From a virus (taxonomy: Duplodnaviria; Caudoviricetes), in IMG/VR virus record IMGVR_UViG_3300036851_000151, positions 1 to 62,834 of that record: a DNA stretch of 62,834 bases. One strand, given 5' to 3'. Positions 36,643 to 45,734 of this stretch are shown here, one piece after another. The notes below the pieces were generated by a model. That model ran no database searches. It saw nothing but the letters and a program-made list of their open reading frames with translations, and was not told the DNA's origin. Positions within the stretch are counted from its first letter, which is position 1. Each line of letters opens with the position of its first letter. Made by a program: the position numbers and the translations under genes.

Positions 36643-39135
36643 CTATAGCTGCCTCTGAGACGCTTCGCTGCTCATGCCGGACCAGTTCCGCTGCACCGCC
36701 TTGGTAGACTGCGCGACCGAGAGCTGCACGATCGTCCCGGTGCGGCTGACGATTTGCTGATCGGCGATGCCGGCTATGAACGCGTTGTTCGGGTTGAGCT
36801 CGATGCGGATCACTTCGCCGCCGCCGCCGCCCGGCGGATCGACCCTCACCCTCTCGTCGGGCGACGCCCAAAACTGCACAAGCTGGCTATCGATCCCCCC
36901 GGAGCCGCCTACCCGGAAGCTCCCGCCATCGGCAAACGCCGGTATCAGATCACCACCGCCGCCAAAATCGACCTGTCCGCCGTTGATGATGCCCCCGGAA
37001 AACAGTCCCAGAATTGACCCAAGGAAGCCACCGCCGCTCCCCGTATCACCGTGCAGCAATGCGCGGAATGCCTGGCTAGCGAGCGTCTTGCCGAGGTCGC
37101 GCAGTAGCCCGCCAAGCGCCTCTCGCACTTTGAAAGTGCCCTCGGTGATGCTATCGAACGCCCGCGAAAACGTATTCTCAAATACGCCGCCAACTTCGCG
37201 AATCTGATCCATCAGTGCACGCTGCCGGGCGAGCTGATCCATCGCGTCGTGCAACGCGTTGACCTCGCGCTCCCTAGCCTCGACGGCTTCGTTGGTCAGA
37301 TCCAGGCCGGCGGCCTCGGCTTGCTGGCGGACCTTCAGCAGCGCGACTTGCCGATCGATGTGCTCGGTGCTCTTCCCCTGCAATTCAACCTGCAAGCGCA
37401 GCTGATCGGAATGTTCGCGGTCTTCTTGGCTCTGCTCACCGAACCGGCGCTCTTGCCGTGCGCGCGTCGCGTCGACAAGCTGAGCATTACGCTTTCTGGC
37501 TTCTTCCGCAGCCTGGGGCGCCTCGGCGGCGGCGCCATACCTCTGCATCCGCTCTAAGGTCGCTTGCGCGCCCGCTTCCGCTATCCTGCCGGTGCCCGTC
37601 CGATACCCGAGGCCGATAAACCGGTCGGCGGCTATCTCCCCCTGCGCAAGGGCAAATGAGCTTTCAAATTCCGTCGCGCGACCGGCCATAAACGCGTCTT
37701 GAGATGCGCCCGGCCGCGCCAGAAGACTTCCGCCGCCGCCGCCGATCGCCGCCCGAAGTGCCGGGTTGTAGTTCGCCCAACGGCCAACACCGCCACGGGG
37801 AGAATTCAAGATCGTCCGGGCCATCTGCCGCTGAACGTCGTATGGCGCCGACATCGCATTCGGGTACATCCCGAGATCGACCCCCGCCTCGCGGGCAAAG
37901 TCTCGCCACGTCGAGTTGGTGATCTGGAAGTTGCCCTGCGCGGTGCTGATCGATTTCGACACAACGCCTTGGTGGATGTTTCGGCCGCCGCTCTCGTGCT
38001 GCTCAATCAGGTCAAGTGTCCGCTCGACATCACCGACCCCGCTAGCGCCGCTTGCTCCACTTGCGGGCGGGATCGCGGCGCGAAACTCCCTTGCCCCCTG
38101 AACTCCCATAAGCTTGTTGAACCAATCCGGCGGCTGAAGCTCGAAAACGGCCTTCAACGCCTTGGCGAGGGCGTTCATGCCGTTGACGATGCCCATGATG
38201 AGATCGCTGCGGGATGCCGAGTCGAGCATCTCGGCGATGTTGATCCGCACATCGCGCATCGCCTGAGCCATCGGCGACAGCGCTTCCTTGCTCAAGCCCT
38301 CGGCCCGCTGTTCGATCAGCCGGAACCAGCGGTCGAGATGCTGCATTTCCATGCCGAACTTGGCCGCCTCGCGCGCCGCCGCGACTTCCCGCTCCGTCAC
38401 GACGCCAAGCTGAAGCGCCAGCTTGCTGAGCGAGTCCACGCCGCCCGTAATGGCCCCGCTCAGTTGTTGCGGCGCGTCATCGCCCAGAACCGGCACGAGG
38501 TTCTGCCCGGTTCGCACAACCCGCTCGGCTGCGCCTGGGCTGACGCCGGCGCGCACCGCCCCGCGTAGTGCCGTCCGCGCATCCGCTGCCGTCAGACCGA
38601 CATCGCGGAGACGCTTGGCAGCCGCCTCCAGACCCGCTGCGGTCGCCTGGCCCTCAACGCCGAAGCCTTTCAGCATCACGTTGAACTGCCGCAACGCGCT
38701 GGTCGATTCCAGCGCCCGCGCAGTCAACACACCGATTCCTACGGCAACAGCACCGATGCCAGCCGCAGCGGCAGTCGCCGGCGTAATCATGCCGCGCAGC
38801 GCCGTCGCAGCGCCGCCTAACACATTTCGGACGCCGCCGCCCTGCTGAAACGCCTGGATTACATGGCCGGACTGATTTGCCAGAACCCGAAACGGAGATG
38901 CCCCAGACGCAAACTGCGTAGCGATATCATTGAGCTGAAAACTGAGCTGCGTAACCGCGAAGGTTGTTTGACGCGCGTTCCGCTGAAACTGGTCGAGACT
39001 CGTGCTCGCGCTACCGAATGCCCTTGTAACCCGCCGGCTAGCGTCTTCCGCCCGCTGTCCAATCAGCGGTATCTGCCGATCGAAGACCGCAGTGTCGAAC
39101 CCAAGGCCGACGTAAAGCGACCCGATTTCAGGCAT
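36643..39135 (-). CDS. Tape measure protein with lysozyme-like domain
   Basis: EIGSLYV.LG.DT; QLSFQLNDIATQ...SPF.VLANQ; internal IEQHESGG...AQG.FQI...TW; C-terminal FADGG. Confidence 0.92.
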   Translation of the reverse strand: MPEIGSLYVGLGFDTAVFDRQIPLIGQRAEDASRRVTRAFGSASTSLDQFQRNARQTTFAVTQLSFQLNDIATQFASGASPFRVLANQSGHVIQAFQQGGGVRNVLGGAATALRGMITPATAAAAGIGAVAVGIGVLTARALESTSALRQFNVMLKGFGVEGQATAAGLEAAAKRLRDVGLTAADARTALRGAVRAGVSPGAAERVVRTGQNLVPVLGDDAPQQLSGAITGGVDSLSKLALQLGVVTEREVAAAREAAKFGMEMQHLDRWFRLIEQRAEGLSKEALSPMAQAMRDVRINIAEMLDSASRSDLIMGIVNGMNALAKALKAVFELQPPDWFNKLMGVQGAREFRAAIPPASGASGASGVGDVERTLDLIEQHESGGRNIHQGVVSKSISTAQGNFQITNSTWRDFAREAGVDLGMYPNAMSAPYDVQRQMARTILNSPRGGVGRWANYNPALRAAIGGGGGSLLARPGASQDAFMAGRATEFESSFALAQGEIAADRFIGLGYRTGTGRIAEAGAQATLERMQRYGAAAEAPQAAEEARKRNAQLVDATRARQERRFGEQSQEDREHSDQLRLQVELQGKSTEHIDRQVALLKVRQQAEAAGLDLTNEAVEAREREVNALHDAMDQLARQRALMDQIREVGGVFENTFSRAFDSITEGTFKVREALGGLLRDLGKTLASQAFRALLHGDTGSGGGFLGSILGLFSGGIINGGQVDFGGGGDLIPAFADGGSFRVGGSGGIDSQLVQFWASPDERVRVDPPGGGGGEVIRIELNPNNAFIAGIADQQIVSRTGTIVQLSVAQSTKAVQRNWSGMSSEASQRQL

Positions 39136-39475
39136 CGGTACGCTCGATGACCTTGCCGCCCATCAGCAGCGTGAACATGCGGGCTTGGTCGCGCATCTGT
39201 TCCCAGGATTGCGTTTTCGGACGGCGGTGCTTCGTGCGGCCGATCAGGTCTTCAAGTTTCGGCATGCGCTTTGTGCGCTGCAGTGCCGCCGTGTGCCACG
39301 CCTGCCACGCGATCTCGGCGTGTTGCTGCTCAAAACGAAGGCGAGCTGCCGCGAAGTAGATTTCTATTTGTCGGGGGGTCGAGTCCCAAAAGATGGCCTC
39401 GTTGAAGCCGCAGGCGAGCCACTCCTTTAGGAGCTCAGGCCAATCCCATCCTCGCCCCCCTTCGGAGGGTTTCCG
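39128..39475 (-). CDS. Tail assembly chaperone T segment (reached by -1 frameshift)
   Basis: Startless frame WDWPELL...FWDSTPRQI...AWHTAAL...MPKLEDL overlapping the G chaperone end. Confidence 0.7.
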   Translation of the reverse strand, partial: RKPSEGGRGWDWPELLKEWLACGFNEAIFWDSTPRQIEIYFAAARLRFEQQHAEIAWQAWHTAALQRTKRMPKLEDLIGRTKHRRPKTQSWEQMRDQARMFTLLMGGKVIERTDA

Positions 39476-39777
39476 TCATCTTCCTTCGGCGTCGGGAACG
39501 CCAGATCATATGCCTGCATAAAGTACGTTGCAGCCTGTACGTTACCGATCTGGTCGATGATCTCGCCGGCCTGGTCGAGTGTCATCTTGCCGCCCAGCCC
39601 GACGCGGATCGCAGCGCGCAGAGACCGGAAGCTGAGATCATTTAGACGACGGCCGATTTCGCCGAAAGGTGCGCCTAGTTCAGACTCCAAAGAACAAATG
39701 ACGTTGGCGGTAATACGAATTGTATGTACCGCGCCGCCAGCATCAAACGAGACCTCACCCTTGACAGGGTTCGCCAT
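39427..39777 (-). CDS. Tail assembly chaperone (G, GTA-gp10-like)
   Basis: MANPVKGEV.F...LE.ELG; between tube and tape measure. Confidence 0.85.
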   Translation of the reverse strand: MANPVKGEVSFDAGGAVHTIRITANVICSLESELGAPFGEIGRRLNDLSFRSLRAAIRVGLGGKMTLDQAGEIIDQIGNVQAATYFMQAYDLAFPTPKEDDGNPPKGGEDGIGLSS

Positions 39778-39787
39778 ATTTCGCCCC

Positions 39788-40210
39788 TTAGCTTGAGAAT
39801 GTCGGCTCGCCGGTTGGCTGGAAAGTCGCCGTTGCCGTCATCTTCGCATCAACCGCATCTTCCACACTAAAGCCAGTGCAGAACGCGAGCATCTGGAAGT
39901 ATTGAGCATTTGGAAATGTAACCTTAATGTTCCGCGATACGTCTGCAGCGAGCCGCGCGATCACGGCATCCTGCGAAGCGCCGCCAGCGATGAAATTGAG
40001 CCCGACCGTGATTTCGCCCATCGCGCGAAGGCCAGGAATAAGCTCTCGCCACCGGTTGGGTGAGTCCATATGCGTGGCGTCCTGCGTCTCCCGACGGAAA
40101 GAGATTCCGTTGATGCTCAACACCTCCGCGAGGGCAGTAAAGACTTCCGGCGACCCGGCATCACCAATTGCGAACGTGGTGCCATAACCAATGGCTGCGC
40201 TCGTAGCCAT
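39788..40210 (-). CDS. Major tail tube protein
   Basis: DATHMDSP..WRELIPGL...GE.T...TGEP. Confidence 0.9.
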   Translation of the reverse strand: MATSAAIGYGTTFAIGDAGSPEVFTALAEVLSINGISFRRETQDATHMDSPNRWRELIPGLRAMGEITVGLNFIAGGASQDAVIARLAADVSRNIKVTFPNAQYFQMLAFCTGFSVEDAVDAKMTATATFQPTGEPTFSS

Positions 40211-40232
40211 GTCAGTTACTCCTACTCATGGT

Positions 40233-40688
40233 TTAAGTCCCGGTACCGATCACGTTGCCGGCACCAGCGCCGAGCCCGTAGTCAGCAGCCGCCGTTCCGC
40301 CGTGCCAGATTTGGAAGTCGAGGCTGATGCGGAATAACACCTCGGCCGGCGGCGTGCCGTCCTCGGTCATGTCCCGCTTGCTAAGTAGGAAAGCGCCCTG
40401 GATTAGGACACCATCGACAACGACCTGAGCGCCGCTCAGCGCCCCAACGACAGCGCGCGACAGCGCTAATGCCTGCCCATAGGTGCCGGCCCAGCAATCG
40501 ATTTGCACACGCGATTCACAGAGTCCCGAAGGACCACCCATCGTGTAGTCGGGAACATCGTCAATCCCATGCAGCGCGACCGACGGCAACGCACTGCCTC
40601 GCGGCAGCAAAGACCAAGCGATACGATCGCCGGCCAGCGCCGTGACAGCGTCCGCCTCCAAAAGCAGCGCATGTAAAGCCTCTTCCAT
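40233..40688 (-). CDS. Tail terminator (DUF3168)
   Basis: MEEAL.ALL...RVQIDCWA.TY...R.SLDF.IWH. Confidence 0.88.
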   Translation of the reverse strand: MEEALHALLLEADAVTALAGDRIAWSLLPRGSALPSVALHGIDDVPDYTMGGPSGLCESRVQIDCWAGTYGQALALSRAVVGALSGAQVVVDGVLIQGAFLLSKRDMTEDGTPPAEVLFRISLDFQIWHGGTAAADYGLGAGAGNVIGTGT

Positions 40689-40741
40689 GCGGCGGCGGCC
40701 TGCCTATATTCGTGCGCGTGTCGATTTCGGAAAGACGAGAG

Positions 40742-40951
40742 ATGTCAACCGCAACTTGGTTTGTCTTCGTGGTGCCGATGTTTGCCGGGCAGCCGGAGAT
40801 GCCCGCGCAGACGCCCCCCGACCCTCACGCATTCAACAAGCTCCTCGGGGATCTGGAAACCAAGCATCCCGAGCCCGCCTTGTTCCGCGAACTCATGCGA
40901 AATGTGCCCAAACCGGGCATCGGAGAACCGACGCAGCTACTCCCGCGCTAG
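40742..40951 (+). CDS. Small hypothetical protein antisense to the head-tail operon
   Basis: Fills the gap between two minus-strand genes; weak RBS GAGAG. Confidence 0.4.
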   Translation: MSTATWFVFVVPMFAGQPEMPAQTPPDPHAFNKLLGDLETKHPEPALFRELMRNVPKPGIGEPTQLLPR

Positions 40952-41463
40952 CGCGTCGCGCGCCGTGCCTGACGACGCCGCGCCCGCTCCGCTGTGCGCT
41001 TGATCTCGTCGCCCATGTCTTTTCCGATGCCGTCGAGCATGGCCTTTTTGTTTTCGTCCCAGGCTGGGCGCATGTAGGGCTGCGGCACGTGATTTTTGTT
41101 GCCGAATTCCTGTTGCGTGGCCTGCGGATGCCGGCCAGGGCCGATAAACACTTCGACCGGGGCCGAACCCGCCGCCTTGGCCGCAGCGCGCGCCTGTCCC
41201 GCGGTCCCGCCCGCCCCACGTGTCGCCGCGAATGCTCGGGCCGATGGCGTCTTGTGCCCTTTGGGCCTCTTGGTCGTGGCGTGGATTGAGTTACGAAGAT
41301 CACCTTGATCTACCGGCGCCTTCGCCTTGGCCGCCGCTACGATCGGTTGGGCGCGCTTCAGCAAGACCCGCTGTTGCACCCGACGCTGCGTCGCCTTCGA
41401 CAGCTCGGCGAGATTTGCCTTCAGCTCCGCAAGGCCATCGACTTTTACCGGGATCGGCATCAA
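40948..41463 (-). CDS. HK97 gp10-like tail completion protein
   Basis: V.GL.EL...L...APVD.G.LR.SI...EFG....PQPYMRPAWD. Confidence 0.88.
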   Translation of the reverse strand: MMPIPVKVDGLAELKANLAELSKATQRRVQQRVLLKRAQPIVAAAKAKAPVDQGDLRNSIHATTKRPKGHKTPSARAFAATRGAGGTAGQARAAAKAAGSAPVEVFIGPGRHPQATQQEFGNKNHVPQPYMRPAWDENKKAMLDGIGKDMGDEIKRTAERARRRQARRATR

Positions 41464-41825
41464 TCGTTTCGAGCCGCAGCCGTAATTTCGAGCTCTTGGT
41501 GAAAACCAAGCTCTTTCAAACCAACGATGTTGTATTCGCGCCCGCGCTCAACGAGCCGATCCCTCGGCGTCAAGTCGTCGACCCGTTCCGACCAGCGAAT
41601 GACAAAGCGGCTCGTGACAGTGGACCCTACCTGCTGCGCGGCGACACGCTCGGCGTCGCGAATGTCGGTCTTCACCGCGGCGACGCTGGTCATGTCCTGC
41701 CATTCCTCGACGATCGCGCCGAGGGCGTCCTTCGTGATCTCGCCATGAGCGTCTCGCACCTGGGCTAGGCGGCGAATCGTGATGCGGTGATGGCGATAAG
41801 CCCCGGCCGGGAGACGCATCATCAC
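41460..41825 (-). CDS. Head-tail adaptor (head closure)
   Basis: AG.Y...ITI...W...RF.IRW...YNI. Confidence 0.82.
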   Translation of the reverse strand: MMMRLPAGAYRHHRITIRRLAQVRDAHGEITKDALGAIVEEWQDMTSVAAVKTDIRDAERVAAQQVGSTVTSRFVIRWSERVDDLTPRDRLVERGREYNIVGLKELGFHQELEITAAARND

Positions 41826-42418
41826 ACCACCGAATGACGGAAATTTGCGGCCAAGCTAAGGATGCTGTTCGGCACCGACTTCAGCTCGATCGCCGTCGAG
41901 TCTTCCCTAGTCATCCACCAATCCGCGACCAGTAACCTGATCATCTGCTTGATGCGGTGCGGGACAGCAGCGGCGCTCGGGAACCCAGCCACAAACGTAA
42001 CCGTGACCGCATCGTCGCGAGAATAGGTCGCTGGCCACGACTGCCCCGATTTGAGCACGATACGGGGGCCACATTTGTGGTTCGCAACAAGCGAATAGAC
42101 ACTCGTGGCGAGCGTCTGCGTCGCGTCGTCCGCGTCCTGATAGGTGATCGATGTCACCGATTGAACCGGGCGCACTGGCAGGCAGATCGGGCTCGAAAAC
42201 CCCGTGTATTGCTGGCTCCACGTCTGCGGCGCCAGCGCGAGGCCGAGAATACCGCTCGGCCCGTCGAATTTTTCGGTTGCGGCGTCGAGATATTCGCGCA
42301 GCAGCATATCTTCCGCGGAACCGTCGATGATCTCGTGCGCGCGCACTTGCTCAAGAGCAACCGGCGGATCGAGCGGCGCCACGGTACGGACGGGATTGAG
42401 TACGGTCGTCATCGTCAC
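41822..42418 (-). CDS. Head-tail connector protein
   Basis: PV.LE...ED..L..YL.AAT...P..IKQ.I.LLVADWW..RE. Confidence 0.88.
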   Translation of the reverse strand: MTMTTVLNPVRTVAPLDPPVALEQVRAHEIIDGSAEDMLLREYLDAATEKFDGPSGILGLALAPQTWSQQYTGFSSPICLPVRPVQSVTSITYQDADDATQTLATSVYSLVANHKCGPRIVLKSGQSWPATYSRDDAVTVTFVAGFPSAAAVPHRIKQMIRLLVADWWMTREDSTAIELKSVPNSILSLAANFRHSVV

Positions 42419-43314
42419 GCCGCTGCGGAACGGTCTTGCTCAGCAATGAAGCCGTCGAACGCGGCGAGAATATTTTCGGTCGTGTCCTCTGCCCAGACAA
42501 TCTGCTGATAGGGCGGCGAGCCCGGTATCTGGCCGCCTGGTTCGATCCCGCAGGCACGGAAGTATTCGACGGTGCACGTCCGCATCAAATTCTCCGTCGT
42601 CGGCTTCAGCATCAGCACCGGAGCGTCGAGCGCGAGGGTGAACCACATCGGGCCATTGGAGACGCCCATGTTGCAGACCGCCGAGCGGTACAGTGTCGCT
42701 CGACGCTCAAGATCGAGCGCCGCCTCGTGGTGCGGCAAAAACCCTGGTAGCTCCTCCGCGGCGCGGCGTGTGTCCCGAATGATCAGCACGTCGTAACCGC
42801 GCCGCTCGATCTCCAATGCCGCCGCGCACCAGGCTGCGACATTGCTGTTGCGCTCCGGCCAGTGCTCGGCCTCGCGCAGCGTAATGGTGACCAGCTGCTG
42901 TTGTCCACCAAACCGGAAGATCGGCCCGCGGTCGACGGCAGGCCGTAGCGGCCGCACCCCGTGCCGCAGCATCTCGGCCTGTATCCGCAACCCGTAATGC
43001 GGAGCCATGAAGCCCATCGCCTCGCGGGTATCGCGGCGCTCCGGCCGATCCTGCCGCAACACGATATCGGCGCTCGGCAGCATCCGGCACATCGGCACGA
43101 CGACGCAATCGAGCATCTGGCGGCGCTCGCCGAGCGTCCGCGGCCAGAACCGATCATCGCGAAAGCCGCCCCATGGACCGGGCAATATCTCGATACGCAA
43201 CCGCTCGGCCTCGCGCTCGATGCGCCAGCTCTCCGCCGCCTGCAGGAACGCGACGACATCGTATGAGGCCGGAGAGACGTGCAAATCGTAGTACGCCGTG
43301 AGCGTCACGACCAA
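42415..43314 (-). CDS. Glycosyltransferase-like protein (GT-B/GT9-like C-terminus)
   Basis: VTITLRE...RNS...R..LY..A..NMGVSNGPM resembles the GT9-like nucleotide-binding motif. Confidence 0.5.
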   Translation of the reverse strand: MVVTLTAYYDLHVSPASYDVVAFLQAAESWRIEREAERLRIEILPGPWGGFRDDRFWPRTLGERRQMLDCVVVPMCRMLPSADIVLRQDRPERRDTREAMGFMAPHYGLRIQAEMLRHGVRPLRPAVDRGPIFRFGGQQQLVTITLREAEHWPERNSNVAAWCAAALEIERRGYDVLIIRDTRRAAEELPGFLPHHEAALDLERRATLYRSAVCNMGVSNGPMWFTLALDAPVLMLKPTTENLMRTCTVEYFRACGIEPGGQIPGSPPYQQIVWAEDTTENILAAFDGFIAEQDRSAAA

Positions 43315-44423
43315 ACCTCATTCAGCCCGGCAACGATCTTGTCGGCCGCCGGATGGTTCGCCGTCGCCGCGCCGAGAACCGTCATCCGCTGCTCGAAATT
43401 CCGCAGATAGTGCGGGCGCATCATCCGGCGCAACCAGAACTCCAGCACGTCCGGCACGTTGAGCGGCGTCCCGTGCGGATGCGTCTTCCAGGCCGGCGAC
43501 AGCTCGGCGAACGCGACCTCGCCAGCGGAGGGATAGGCGATCTCTGCGTCGAGGAACCGGCCGATCAGATCGTCATCGATCGTGCCCTTGAACGGCAGCG
43601 GCCGGTCACGGCGCACGAACATCGGCGTAAGATGGAAGCAATGCATCGCGACGTTCGGCCCGTCCTCAAAGAACAGGATCGTCGGATGCTCGCTCGCGCC
43701 ATGACCCCAGATGCACTCGTCGGTGATGTGGTGGCGGTGTGACCATATCCACCGGAACAGCGCCCCGGCGTCCGCGCCGATCGGCATGGTGCCGGCTTTC
43801 TCGGCCTGCGTCCGGATACCGACCGACGCGACAACCCGCTTACCGGCGATCATCTGCTCTTGCACGTAGCGAAAGCACTCTCGGCTCGGGACAACATCGC
43901 TGTTCAGGAGCACCGCGACCCCGCCGGGCGGCGTCAAATGCAGCACCTCGCGGTGCGCCTGCTTGAAGGCGTCCCAATAGTTCGCCGGCAACTGCGGCAT
44001 CCGCTGGTCTTTCGGGATCGGCCCCATCGCGCGCAGCGGCGGGAACCTGATCGAGAAGGCGCCGCCGACCGCGTCGCGAAATGCGGCCTGATCGTCGGTG
44101 TGCACAACGAACGTGACGTTGCGAAAGTCGCTCTCAGCCAGCGAGGCGAGAATGGCCGGCACCACGTACCGGCAGGCCAGGTCGACGTAATACGGTCCCC
44201 ATGCCGGGATGCCGATCATCACCGGCGGCAGCCGAACCGCCGCGATATCGGGCACCGCCTCGCCGGGGATATAGTTCACGATGCTGCGGCGGATTTCGCG
44301 TGACACCAGCCCATTTCGTTCCAACTCCCGTGCCCGGCTTTCGCTGACTTCGATGAGGTGGTTTTCGAACGCCATCGTCCGGCCGTTCATGAAGTCCCGG
44401 CGGACCTGAACTCGCAGCGTCAT
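43305..44423 (-). CDS. N-terminal tag + glycosyltransferase-like (GT-A-like) protein
   Basis: IPAWG..YV...FVVHTD...LLNSDVV; N-terminal 40 aa shared with 44979-45728. Confidence 0.5.
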   Translation of the reverse strand: MTLRVQVRRDFMNGRTMAFENHLIEVSESRARELERNGLVSREIRRSIVNYIPGEAVPDIAAVRLPPVMIGIPAWGPYYVDLACRYVVPAILASLAESDFRNVTFVVHTDDQAAFRDAVGGAFSIRFPPLRAMGPIPKDQRMPQLPANYWDAFKQAHREVLHLTPPGGVAVLLNSDVVPSRECFRYVQEQMIAGKRVVASVGIRTQAEKAGTMPIGADAGALFRWIWSHRHHITDECIWGHGASEHPTILFFEDGPNVAMHCFHLTPMFVRRDRPLPFKGTIDDDLIGRFLDAEIAYPSAGEVAFAELSPAWKTHPHGTPLNVPDVLEFWLRRMMRPHYLRNFEQRMTVLGAATANHPAADKIVAGLNEVWS

Positions 44424-44986
44424 GCGGCGTCTCGGAACAGGATGCCGAGGCCCATATTCGATCCCTGGGTCACAATCTCCCGGTGCTGGTAGCGATCTTT
44501 GATCTCGCGCCAGAAGCGGCCGACACCGTTCGGTTGGTGGTCGCTCATATGACCATCGGGGGCCGCGACATCGTGAAACGCTACCACCGGGGCCATGCCA
44601 CCGTAGGTCTCGAAATCATGCCGAACGCCTTCGTAGCGGTGATCAGCGTCGATGAGGATCAGGTCGAATGGTGCCATGCCGCGTGCGGTGGCAATGATCT
44701 CCGGGCTGCCGGAGTTGCCGAACGCAGCAAAAGCCTCGACCCCATCAGCACGCAGCCTGTTCACGGTCGCGGTCAGATTTTCCCGCGCACTGGAATTTTC
44801 CGACAGGTCAATCGCCAAACCGATACCGCCGCCCCCGATCGCCGTCATCACGGCATAGAAGCTGTCGCCATTGCGGCTACCGATTTCCAGATAGCGCCGG
44901 GCATTCAACCCCCGGACTAGATCGCAAAATTCGGCCAACTCCGCCGCGTCCTGATTCACCATTTCCCCCGCGAGGTAGTCACGCAC
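44420..44986 (-). CDS. Class I SAM-dependent methyltransferase (Methyltransf_24 type)
   Basis: YLEIGS..GDS, DLILIDADH.YEGV..DF, FHD. Confidence 0.88.
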   Translation of the reverse strand: MRDYLAGEMVNQDAAELAEFCDLVRGLNARRYLEIGSRNGDSFYAVMTAIGGGGIGLAIDLSENSSARENLTATVNRLRADGVEAFAAFGNSGSPEIIATARGMAPFDLILIDADHRYEGVRHDFETYGGMAPVVAFHDVAAPDGHMSDHQPNGVGRFWREIKDRYQHREIVTQGSNMGLGILFRDAA

Positions 44987-45728
44987 CGAGCGCTTCCATC
45001 AGGCTCATCTTCGGGTACGAAGCCAGCGCGCTGATCGGCGACGCATTGATAACCACCACGCCCAGCGCGGCCAGAACCGGCGCCTGCCCATCGATCATGC
45101 GGCGCCACTTGCGAACCGTGTCGTCGGCGGGGTTGTTGAGCCCGTCGCCGTGCTTGCCGTGCCAGTGCAGGCCGCGGTCAACCCGCATGTCGTAGCCGAC
45201 CAGCACCATCCGCGAGACACCAAACTGCACCGCCAGATTGAGCGCGGCAAACCCGGAGTTTCCGCCGTGGCTGATCTCGCCGGGGGACGTCACAAGGATG
45301 CGGGCATCGTTGCGGCCGGTGACAAGCCTGACACCCCATGCCGGCCGATCGACCAAACGCTCGTCCTGGCTGATCTTGAGACCAGCGAACTCGGGCACAC
45401 CGCGATTACGCTCCCACCAGACGAAATCGGTCGCATAAAGCGCGTCTGCCCACGGTGCAAGCTGCCAGGAATTGTTGATCGCGATGGCCCGCGCCCGGCC
45501 GCGAGCAGCGTCAATCGGAACATCCTTGGCGCTCGGGCCGGAGGCGACGATGACGCAAGTCTCGCCGCGCCAATCGGGGAACCACTCGGGCGCCGCCTGC
45601 TGCGCCGCGAGGGGCGTGACGAGCCGGCCGCTGAGTTCCCGGGCACGATGCTCGCTGACATCGAGCACCTGCCCGGGCTCCGCAATCCCCCGGCCGTTCA
45701 AAAACGGCCAGAGAACCTTAACCAGCAT
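44979..45728 (-). CDS. N-terminal tag + Maf/MptE/CstII-like transferase domain
   Basis: IVASGPS, AINN, NSGFAALNLA..FG...MVLVGYDM, HWHG. Confidence 0.7.
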   Translation of the reverse strand: MLVKVLWPFLNGRGIAEPGQVLDVSEHRARELSGRLVTPLAAQQAAPEWFPDWRGETCVIVASGPSAKDVPIDAARGRARAIAINNSWQLAPWADALYATDFVWWERNRGVPEFAGLKISQDERLVDRPAWGVRLVTGRNDARILVTSPGEISHGGNSGFAALNLAVQFGVSRMVLVGYDMRVDRGLHWHGKHGDGLNNPADDTVRKWRRMIDGQAPVLAALGVVVINASPISALASYPKMSLMEALGA

Positions 45729-45734
45729 GTCCTA

